NCBI GenBank assembly: GCA_017631385.1
Contig: JAGBTH010000140.1
Location: 1 to 58,229 of the forward strand
Direction of reading: 5' to 3'
Length of the DNA stretch: 58,229 nt
DNA from: Kiritimatiellia bacterium
GTDB lineage: Bacteria > Verrucomicrobiota > Kiritimatiellia > RFP12 > UBA1067
In this document: in pieces, positions 25,212 to 32,900 of the stretch
How positions within the stretch are numbered: the stretch's first letter is position 1
Layout: every line of letters begins with the position of its first letter
Program-made: the position numbers and the translations under genes
Notes under the pieces: generated by a model
Database searches by the model: none
The model's input: the letters and a program-made list of their open reading frames with translations, nothing else
Told to the model about the DNA's origin: nothing

Positions 25212-25618
25212 TCGCTTAGCAGCCAAAAGAACCGTCTGTACCGATCGTAATACATATCTTTGCCACACGGAATATCCAGCTTAGTTTTCAAATACGTATA
25301 AGATAATTCCTCCGTAACCGCTTTTATTATGTATTCGTACAAATACGGATCAGCCTCTTTAGCACAATCCTCTATTATTCTGATTTTTTCAGAATAAAAA
25401 GTTTTAAGCATTGCCCTTTTCCCGGTTGGATCTCCAGGCAGATTGCTAGTGGTCATACCACCCACCATAGACAACGGTATAGTTGAGTCGGATATCTCTT
25501 CGTACGATTTCTTCCATAACGGGTATTGTAAACAGAAATGCTTTAGTTCGTAGTATCGATGTTTGTCGATCCAGTATTTATTTTTTGTTGATAGTTCCGC
25601 GCGTAATACTGTTGCCAT
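25199..25618 (-). CDS. putative sigma-like (RinA/ArpU-type) transcription regulator
   Basis: The layout YYELKHFCLQYPLW...MVGGMTTSNLPGDPTGKRA...LDIPCGKDMYYDRYRRFFWLL resembles RinA/ArpU-family activators. It is the first sizeable gene of arm 1. Confidence 0.45.
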   Translation of the reverse strand: MATVLRAELSTKNKYWIDKHRYYELKHFCLQYPLWKKSYEEISDSTIPLSMVGGMTTSNLPGDPTGKRAMLKTFYSEKIRIIEDCAKEADPYLYEYIIKAVTEELSYTYLKTKLDIPCGKDMYYDRYRRFFWLLSESRN

Positions 25619-25751
25619 TGGTATTCATCCTTCCCGATATAACTTTTCTCATAAATTTTTCTGTTGCAGTTAGTAATCTTTCTTGAAATTGGTCGTCATC
25701 AGGCATATTCACAATTACCTTACAATTCTCATAAATGTAAATTCTCCTCAT
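25578..25751 (-). CDS. 57-aa protein overlapping the regulator start (not in the ORF track)
   Basis: AAGAGGGTAATT-ATG. Translation: MRRIYIYENCKVIVNMPDDDQFQERLLTATEKFMRKVISGRMNTNGNSITRGTINKK. Confidence 0.4.
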   Translation of the reverse strand: MRRIYIYENCKVIVNMPDDDQFQERLLTATEKFMRKVISGRMNTNGNSITRGTINKK

Positions 25752-25895
25752 AATTACCCTCTTTTGCTTAATTCAGAAATAAATTACTATTTAAATATAA
25801 TAACAGACATCGTCACCTGCGTGCGGGTTTTTAAAAAAGTTGTAATTTTGGATATAATTCTGTAAAATGTGACTAAAGGAGGAGGTTATTAACCA
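25752..25895. promoter_or_regulatory. AT-rich divergent control region between arm 1 and the recombinase gene
   Basis: TATAAT at about 25851 lies upstream of the recombinase RBS AAAGGAGGAGG. A/T palindromes are present (TTTTTAAAAAA). None of the TCGCG motifs occurs here. Confidence 0.4.
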
Positions 25896-27536
25896 ATGTA
25901 TAGGGAATATCCAACATTTACACCAGAAGAAATACTAGAATATGACCGGAAGTCTAGGTTCGACGACCCACTTCTATCGGTCGAGGAGCAGCTCGCAAAG
26001 CACGAACAAATGCTGGACGAATACGCTAGACGCTATTTTGGAGGACCAGTACCGCCGGGCAATAAATATAAGGAGGTCGGTAGCGGAGAAACCCTCAAAT
26101 CAAGACCAGAAGTAAATAAGGTTTTACGACGTATCGAAAAGCCAGATATTAAAGGCGTATTAATCGTAGACGTACAACGTTTATCTCGCGGTAATCTCAA
26201 GGATGCTGGTAAACTTATTGAACTGTTTCAGTTTTCGAATACGTACGTAATCACGCCGTATAAAATATACGACATTCGCGACGAGTATGATCGTGACGCA
26301 TTCGAGCGAGAGCTGAAACGAGGTAACGAGTATCTCGAATATTTCAAGAAAATACAGATGCGCGGTAAATTAGCAAGTGTTAAGGAGGGTAATTATGTGG
26401 GATCCGTAGCCCCGTTCGGATTCGATCGTATTAAGAAAATGTATCCAGACGGCAAACGGCACTATTGGACTTTAACCGAAAAACCCGAAGAGGCGGTGAT
26501 CGTACGTACCGTATTTGACTGGTATTGTAACGACGGCGTGGGCGTATCAACTATATGTAGACGTTTGGAAAAGATGGGGGTCGCGGCCAAAAGCGGTAAA
26601 GTCAAATGGACCCCGGGAGCTATATACAATATGATAGAGAATGTGCATTATATCGGCTACGTAAGATGGAATTGGAGAAAGGTTATAAAAATAATAGAAG
26701 ATCAAGAAGTCAAAGTGTTGCGTCCGCACGCTAAGGACGGAGAATATTTGATATTCGAGGGCAAGCACGAGGGGTTAATATCCGAGGAATTATTCAAGAA
26801 AGCAAAACAAATTAGGGGTTCTAAACCTCGCAGCCACGTAGACAACTCGCTTAAAAATATACTAGCCGGCTTGGTTTATTGCAAATGCGGATATAGTCTC
26901 GTTCATAATACGTATGTACAAAACGGAGTAGAACTCGCAGCGCCCAAACTAAAATGCAGTAATCAGGTACATTGTAAAAGTGGATCGGTCGACTATAAAG
27001 AAATCGTAGATCGAGTGCGCGAATCCCTTCATGAGGCTATCGAGAATTTCGAAATAAGAGTAGTAAACGACCAAGCAGACTCGGCTAAACTTCATAAAAG
27101 TTTGATAAAGAGTCTCGAACGAAAGTTGGTAAAATTAAAAGAACAAGAGCTTCTGCAATGGAAAGCTCAGACTGATCCAGACCCAGCCAAACGAATGCCG
27201 GAGGAAATATTCAAAACTCTGAATGAGAATTTGCGTAAAGAGAAATCCGATCTCGAAGAAGCGCTGAGTGAGGCGTACGAGTCCTTACCGGAACCTATAG
27301 ATTACGAAGAGAAAATAGTTCAATTCACCGACGTATTAAATATTATGGACGATCCGAACGTGTCTGTTGAAGATAGAAATATGTATTTGAAGGATATAAT
27401 AGAGCGCATAGATTATAGACGTGACCCATATATTCAAGTCACCAGAGATAATTATGAGAAATTAGGCGCACCGAAACCGAAACGAGGTTTAACGTGGTTC
27501 GCCCCACCATTCGAGATCGAATTACACCTGAGATAA
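25896..27536 (+). CDS. large serine recombinase (integrase)
   Basis: N-terminal resolvase-type domain (YDRKSR...SVEEQ, VLIVDVQRLSRG), recombinase domain, Cys-rich zinc ribbon (CKCGYSL...LKCSNQVHC) and a C-terminal coiled coil. It is the only plus-strand gene. Confidence 0.9.
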   Translation: MYREYPTFTPEEILEYDRKSRFDDPLLSVEEQLAKHEQMLDEYARRYFGGPVPPGNKYKEVGSGETLKSRPEVNKVLRRIEKPDIKGVLIVDVQRLSRGNLKDAGKLIELFQFSNTYVITPYKIYDIRDEYDRDAFERELKRGNEYLEYFKKIQMRGKLASVKEGNYVGSVAPFGFDRIKKMYPDGKRHYWTLTEKPEEAVIVRTVFDWYCNDGVGVSTICRRLEKMGVAAKSGKVKWTPGAIYNMIENVHYIGYVRWNWRKVIKIIEDQEVKVLRPHAKDGEYLIFEGKHEGLISEELFKKAKQIRGSKPRSHVDNSLKNILAGLVYCKCGYSLVHNTYVQNGVELAAPKLKCSNQVHCKSGSVDYKEIVDRVRESLHEAIENFEIRVVNDQADSAKLHKSLIKSLERKLVKLKEQELLQWKAQTDPDPAKRMPEEIFKTLNENLRKEKSDLEEALSEAYESLPEPIDYEEKIVQFTDVLNIMDDPNVSVEDRNMYLKDIIERIDYRRDPYIQVTRDNYEKLGAPKPKRGLTWFAPPFEIELHLR

Positions 27537-27562
27537 AGCCTGATATGACGGGCTTTCTCATT

Positions 27563-27610
27563 TTTGGTGTCATCTCCACCCTCATTCATGGGGATATATA
27601 TGATACCAAA
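27563..27610. other. candidate attP core for the serine recombinase
   Basis: 48-bp imperfect inverted repeat: TTTGGTGTCATCTCCACCCTCAT-TC-ATGGGGATATATATGATACCAAA. About 16 of 23 arm positions are symmetric. The central non-palindromic TC is at 27586..27587. The element starts 27 nt after the recombinase stop. Confidence 0.4.
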
Positions 27611-27612
27611 GC

Positions 27613-27655
27613 AAAAACGAAGAGGGGTTGTAGCTTTCGCTAGCCCCTCTTTTTG
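27613..27655. terminator. bidirectional rho-independent terminator between convergent genes
   Basis: AAAAACGA-AGAGGGGTTGTAGC-TTTC-GCTAGCCCCTCT-TTTT. Confidence 0.75.
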
Positions 27656-28099
27656 TTATGGATTATCGGGCTCCGCATACAGGTAATCACCATGCGCCCT
27701 AACTTTGGAGTAGATTTCATGCACATACACATTACCCATCTTGTCTTTCAAGGTTGTCGTTATATACTGTCGACCGTCGGCTTCATACTCTGGTTCGATA
27801 TCTACGGTATATTTCTTGGACAACGTTTTGGCGTATTTAGTACACCATCTCAGTCCAGTACTAGCCCGAGTTGCAAGAAACGAGAGTGCCTCGTCGGGGA
27901 TCGTAGCGTTACCTCGATCTTTTTGAGCCTTCAACTGACGATACATGACAAGTTCGCGATGCGCGCGTGCATAGTGTTCGGATAGTTTCCGTACTTCTTT
28001 GTTGGTCTTGTAACCGAGCTGCTCTGGAGTACGTCTAACGCCCCACTTCATACCTTTGACTCCGTGATGATAGAGCACATTGTTATATATCCACATCAT
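27656..28099 (-). CDS. YH(Y/H)GV.GMKWGVRR-tag protein, paralogue 1 (147 aa)
   Basis: N-terminus MMWIYNNVLYHHGVKGMKWGVRRTPEQ. It is the last gene of arm 2, next to the candidate attP. Confidence 0.65.
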   Translation of the reverse strand: MMWIYNNVLYHHGVKGMKWGVRRTPEQLGYKTNKEVRKLSEHYARAHRELVMYRQLKAQKDRGNATIPDEALSFLATRASTGLRWCTKYAKTLSKKYTVDIEPEYEADGRQYITTTLKDKMGNVYVHEIYSKVRAHGDYLYAEPDNP

Positions 28100-28108
28100 A
28101 CCCTCCTT

Positions 28109-28453
28109 TTAGTCCCTAATCGGTAGTTCTTGGATCTCTTCTTCCATGTGGTCGATCATGCCGTTTCCGCCAAGGGCTTTGTACGCTTTATACATCGCCA
28201 ACCCGTTTTCGAGTGCGTGCGGCGTAATATAACCCTCTTGCGTCCAGCGTTCGTGCTCGTCCATAAGGTGTTTTCGCAAGATACATACCAGACCGTTTTC
28301 GATAGCAGCTTCGTGCTTCGATTTTTGAGCCTCTTGCTCGCGTTTCAGCGCATTGTTTTCCCTGATCTTCTGTTGGAGAATATAAAGTAATACTCCGGCA
28401 ACGACCGTGGATACAATACTCAGTAATATAGCTCCGATATCCATGTCACTCAT
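28109..28453 (-). CDS. membrane-anchored coiled-coil protein of the lysis cassette
   Basis: N-terminal TM segment IGAILLSIVSTVVAGVLLYIL. 8-nt overlap with the holin gene. Confidence 0.6.
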   Translation of the reverse strand: MSDMDIGAILLSIVSTVVAGVLLYILQQKIRENNALKREQEAQKSKHEAAIENGLVCILRKHLMDEHERWTQEGYITPHALENGLAMYKAYKALGGNGMIDHMEEEIQELPIRD

Positions 28454-28673
28454 CCTTTTCTACGGTTTCTTCGTCCTTAACTTCAGGTAAACCGGCTACG
28501 GACGTAGCAAGGGATAACACGGCAGCGAGAGCAGCGGCTGACAACGTCAACCCCCAATTTACCTCGCCGAGAAACGCGGCACCCATGGGGACCATTGAAA
28601 GAAATGTCTGAGCGAAAGTCTTAGCGGCACGTACGAGCGCGCTCTTAATCCATGATTTGAAGTTTTTAATCAT
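28446..28673 (-). CDS. holin (r1t-type)
   Basis: ALVRAAKTFAQTFLSMV...EVNWGLTLSAAALAAVLSLATSVAG parallels the r1t holin ERAIKTFAQAMIG...VDW..ALS. Two TM segments and an acidic tail. Confidence 0.75.
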   Translation of the reverse strand: MIKNFKSWIKSALVRAAKTFAQTFLSMVPMGAAFLGEVNWGLTLSAAALAAVLSLATSVAGLPEVKDEETVEKDE

Positions 28674-28881
28674 TCTGATCAGTCCTTTCTTCTGTTTCTT
28701 TTAAAGATTTCTCGTAGTTGATCTTGTCCTGAATATATTCTTGTTCGAGTTTAGATTCTACAGCGACGAGAATATCTTTTAAAATAGGTTTTACTACTAT
28801 TAAAGATAGTCCGGAACAATTCACCAGATCTATAGCCGCCTTTTCAAACTCTTTTACTCTTATGCTAATTGGTTTTTCCAT
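28666..28881 (-). CDS. hypothetical protein (71 aa)
   Basis: ORF between the fibre and holin genes. Confidence 0.55.
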   Translation of the reverse strand: MEKPISIRVKEFEKAAIDLVNCSGLSLIVVKPILKDILVAVESKLEQEYIQDKINYEKSLKETEERTDQND

Positions 28882-28898
28882 ATTGTTTTAGTCCCCTT

Positions 28899-31832
28899 TT
28901 AATCTACAAAGAATGTTGTGTGGAACGGTAACCATGTCGCCGCCGGAAGATCGACACACGAGGAGCCGTCGCTATATCGCGAATATCGTAACTCTCCTGC
29001 CGCAGTGATGGAGAACAACCACGAGTGTCCCCCGCTACCTTGAGCTCGTTCCGTTATGGCGTATGACGGTCTGTATCCAGACGGGAGCGTTGCGAAAACG
29101 TAATTGGTGGTTCCGCCATCCAACGCTTTCTTGGGTTTAACCGCTCCGACCACTTCAACCATTTTTCCGATTTTTCTGTATCGTATGTTGTCGGCGTCGC
29201 TATATACCGTAAAATCTCCGCTTGTGTTTATTGCGCAGGTTAGCCAACCGCTGTCCATAAGTTTATAGAAGTTACCCGTATCTAATATAGAATACGTCGC
29301 CGCGGTTGACGGATGGTTACGCGTTATGTAAGATTCCGTTCCGCTAGCAACCATGCCTATACTTCCGAGCACGCCGCTGGTGTTAGCGAACTGGATCGCG
29401 ACTTTACCGGATACAGTACTCGTAACACATAGCGGGTTGTAAGTTCCCTGTATTTCGGTAGCGTTAGGCGTATCGATCACGAACACCGTGTCATACGAAT
29501 ACTTACTCTCATGACGAAGTTCAACGAGACCATTACAAAGATCGATCTTCGCGTTACGACTATGCTTTGCTAGATATAAGTAATCTTCGCCGAAGCTAGC
29601 TCTTACGTTCGTACCAGATCTGATATCCACGCTGTCGTTATCGATCAAGATATTCTTACCGAGCGTTGACGCGGTTAAATCACCGACGATCAGACCGTTA
29701 GAGCTAACATTCAGATAGTTCGTGGCGGTTTTAGAAGCGTCGATAATACCATTCTCAGTATTTGTAATGCGGGCCGTCAGTCCAGTAGCAGTTTGTTCAA
29801 CCGTAGACATTCTGGTACCGAGGTTCGTAATATCAGTAACGTTTAGAACGATTTTATCGGATAATTGAGCGATGCTTGATTCGTTGGTCGACACTCTCGT
29901 AGAAAGGTCGTTTGTGTTAGTCTCAGCATCCTCAGGGGCCGGCGTCCAATCCGTAACCTTATTGCCACGTTCTAGTTTAGGGGCATACAAATATGCTGGG
30001 TTATCGCTAGAAGCACCGTCATATACTTGTAAGGTCCATTTAATAGTGCCGCCATCATTAATTAGATCGACCCAACCTTGTGTTACCGAAAACGTTATAT
30101 GTACTCGTTGATCTTGTTCTTCTTCGGCGTTAGTAGTAACGATCGATGCACTATTAAACTGTCCGGTTTCGTAATCAGGATATACTCTCGTCCCGTCGGC
30201 AGTGTTACACATAGCATAAAAACTTAACTTACACGTGTCGGACGTTTTAATATTTACTGAATATGTAAAACTATCACCGACTTTACTATCTAAAATAAGT
30301 TTTTTAGCGTCGTAGCTCACACCATGCCAATCGCCCGTACATTTAAAAGCCGTAAAACCATTATCAAGAACCAATTTACCGTTATAGTTAGTAGAACCAG
30401 TCCCATTAAGGTTTCTAGATCCGAGTATAAAGTTTCGACCGCCTATAGATATATTTTCTATATCGGACATTTTTGCTACGGTTTCGGACCCCATTTTGAT
30501 CGAGTCCGCTACTATGTCTACTTTATCGTTTACGGCATCGTATGTGATCGCGCCGCTACCGATAGAAACAGAGCCATCGTACTTAAGCCAAGTCTTACCG
30601 CCGCTACCCAGCGAAATATAATCCGAGCCGAGATATACGCCGTCTTTAGCGGTGTTATATGCCGAATGATCGTTGGAATATATAGCGTTGTTAATAGCAA
30701 AAGAGCCTATCTTAGCGACGATAGACTCGAGGGAGGTTACGCTTATTTTACTAGCGGTTACAGCGCCTGCCAAAATCTTATCAGATGTTATCGCCCCCGA
30801 ATGAATTTCGTTGGCTGTTATAGATCCAGCCACAATATGATCGGCAGTTATGGTTCGCTCTTTGATAACCCCGCCTTCGAGTCTATTAAACTCCGAAGCC
30901 TCTAAGTCGCCGAGTTTGTTCAGCTCATACAGGATCGATTTGTCGTTGCCGGATATAACGAGTCTATCCACGGTAAGCGTACCAGTGTTAATATTATTGG
31001 CATTGATCTTTACCGCGTCCAAGAATCCGGTAACATGACCGTTCACCATAGTTGTCGTATCGATCAGACCGACTTTCGCTAAGAGCGAACCTATATCGGC
31101 ATTTTCAACGTTCGCCAACTTAATATCGGCATATTTCGAATCTAAATTACCGAACTTACCATCCACGGCATTAAGCTCCTCCACCGTAGCATAGGTCGCG
31201 TATAAGTCGTTTATGGTTGCGGTGTTCGCTAACAGCTCGTCGATTCGGGCTATTTTGGCGTCCAACACGGTCGTGTCAACTCTATTAGCCTTGAGGGTGG
31301 CTATTTCGCCTTCGGCTGCGGTCAACAACCCGTATATCGAAGCTTCTCGGGCTACGAACAAAGCGGTCTCGACATTCGACGCAAATAGCGAACCGTTCAC
31401 GAACAATGTATCTGCTACGATTTTTTTGAACATTCCGGCCTTGTCACCAAGTAATGCATTAAGGTCTTTAATGATTTGGGCGCTATTAAGCGCTCCGGTG
31501 TCGTCTACTAAATATTGGGCTAAGGCCGCAATAAGAAGACTTATGTCGTAGGCAGTTGTCGACGGTGACGTTATATTTCCGGTTACGATCGCTGTATGAT
31601 TTTTTATCATGACGGTTACTCGGTCGCCAGCCTTTAAGCCGGTGGTCGATAGTACTGGCGTTACTGCGTTCGAACCGTCGATCTGAACACCTTCAACGCT
31701 CTCGATCACTTGACCCATAATCGTTTGTTTCTTCGTAACAACGGTGCCGTATACGGTGGACTCGGTCTTCTTTTTAGATCCGTCATTTGTGATTTTGGCG
31801 AATTGTGATATTAACCTGTCTGTTAAAGCCAT
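28899..31832 (-). CDS. tail fibre / host-specificity protein (977 aa)
   Basis: Repeats ITADHIVAGSITANEIHSGAITSDKILAGAVTASKISV. It is the last large gene of the tail module. Confidence 0.8.
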   Translation of the reverse strand: MALTDRLISQFAKITNDGSKKKTESTVYGTVVTKKQTIMGQVIESVEGVQIDGSNAVTPVLSTTGLKAGDRVTVMIKNHTAIVTGNITSPSTTAYDISLLIAALAQYLVDDTGALNSAQIIKDLNALLGDKAGMFKKIVADTLFVNGSLFASNVETALFVAREASIYGLLTAAEGEIATLKANRVDTTVLDAKIARIDELLANTATINDLYATYATVEELNAVDGKFGNLDSKYADIKLANVENADIGSLLAKVGLIDTTTMVNGHVTGFLDAVKINANNINTGTLTVDRLVISGNDKSILYELNKLGDLEASEFNRLEGGVIKERTITADHIVAGSITANEIHSGAITSDKILAGAVTASKISVTSLESIVAKIGSFAINNAIYSNDHSAYNTAKDGVYLGSDYISLGSGGKTWLKYDGSVSIGSGAITYDAVNDKVDIVADSIKMGSETVAKMSDIENISIGGRNFILGSRNLNGTGSTNYNGKLVLDNGFTAFKCTGDWHGVSYDAKKLILDSKVGDSFTYSVNIKTSDTCKLSFYAMCNTADGTRVYPDYETGQFNSASIVTTNAEEEQDQRVHITFSVTQGWVDLINDGGTIKWTLQVYDGASSDNPAYLYAPKLERGNKVTDWTPAPEDAETNTNDLSTRVSTNESSIAQLSDKIVLNVTDITNLGTRMSTVEQTATGLTARITNTENGIIDASKTATNYLNVSSNGLIVGDLTASTLGKNILIDNDSVDIRSGTNVRASFGEDYLYLAKHSRNAKIDLCNGLVELRHESKYSYDTVFVIDTPNATEIQGTYNPLCVTSTVSGKVAIQFANTSGVLGSIGMVASGTESYITRNHPSTAATYSILDTGNFYKLMDSGWLTCAINTSGDFTVYSDADNIRYRKIGKMVEVVGAVKPKKALDGGTTNYVFATLPSGYRPSYAITERAQGSGGHSWLFSITAAGELRYSRYSDGSSCVDLPAATWLPFHTTFFVD

Positions 31833-31839
31833 ATAAATA

Positions 31840-32898
31840 TCACCTCCACAAATTCATAGTAAACGTTGCGGTCTCAGTAACCGGAGTTCCAGATTCGCAC
31901 TTGATGGACTGACTTATAACTTTTGCTTTAACGTTATTGATGCCGGCCTTTGTGTAATTAAGACGCACACAGTCTCCAACACGAACTGGGCAATATCCGT
32001 GACTATACGTAACGGTGTATTCGAGAGTTGACATACTATCGAGGACCTGTTTGGCATAGTCGTCTATTTGGCTATTTGTCGGGTTGCCTATCAAGCTAGG
32101 GTCGGTAATTCTATATATAATTTCACGACCTCGGTTTGGAATTGAAACCGGGCTATTGACGTTTTCATTTTTAACGGTTGCCTGATAGATGCCGACGCCG
32201 CTGGAATATAAAACCTCGACGACATTCGGAATACCGTATAAATCGCAGTCGGTCGTGAAGTCCGGATATAGAATCGAACTGTTGCCATCGTCATAAGTCC
32301 ATACGGGCTGTAACGATGCCATATCCTGTTTTGGCGCAAATAAAATACGACCCATCTCGTCGAGGTCGTAATTATAATTCGCATTAGCGATAAGGTCGGT
32401 TAAGAAGGAGCACCAGGTGTCACTCGTGTCCGCGACGAAATCGTTGAATAACTTGTCGGAAGACGAAGTTTGCACGACTGGCGCTCTTGCGTGCTCTCTG
32501 GTTAGTCGATATGCAATATCCATGATATTCGTATCCTTACTCACATAATACCCTATATCTGTTGGATTTTCTTTAAGCTCGAGCAATGGTGTGTAGGCAT
32601 CTATGGATGTAGTGCTAATCTTACCATCGAAACGTGTTGACGGCGTTTGAATGAGAAACGTGCCCAATGGGAACTTCTCCTTAACGCCATCTTGAACCGT
32701 GACGAGATATACTCTCACGTACGTTTCGCCCAAAGACTCGGTTATGTCCAAGGTGGCTGATCCGAGAGTTTCTGCCGATAAATCTCGGTTTATAGTACAG
32801 CCCTTAACGGTTCGAATTATATTTTTATCCTTCCAAGTGTTAGGGTCGACGGTGTAGTACTCAAATGTTTGCCGCATTGATTTGGTCCAATCGGGCAT
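31840..32898 (-). CDS. baseplate / tail-associated protein (352 aa)
   Basis: Position between the Dit-like protein and the fibre. No specific motif recognised. Confidence 0.6.
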   Translation of the reverse strand: MPDWTKSMRQTFEYYTVDPNTWKDKNIIRTVKGCTINRDLSAETLGSATLDITESLGETYVRVYLVTVQDGVKEKFPLGTFLIQTPSTRFDGKISTTSIDAYTPLLELKENPTDIGYYVSKDTNIMDIAYRLTREHARAPVVQTSSSDKLFNDFVADTSDTWCSFLTDLIANANYNYDLDEMGRILFAPKQDMASLQPVWTYDDGNSSILYPDFTTDCDLYGIPNVVEVLYSSGVGIYQATVKNENVNSPVSIPNRGREIIYRITDPSLIGNPTNSQIDDYAKQVLDSMSTLEYTVTYSHGYCPVRVGDCVRLNYTKAGINNVKAKVISQSIKCESGTPVTETATFTMNLWR

Positions 32899-32900
32899 TA

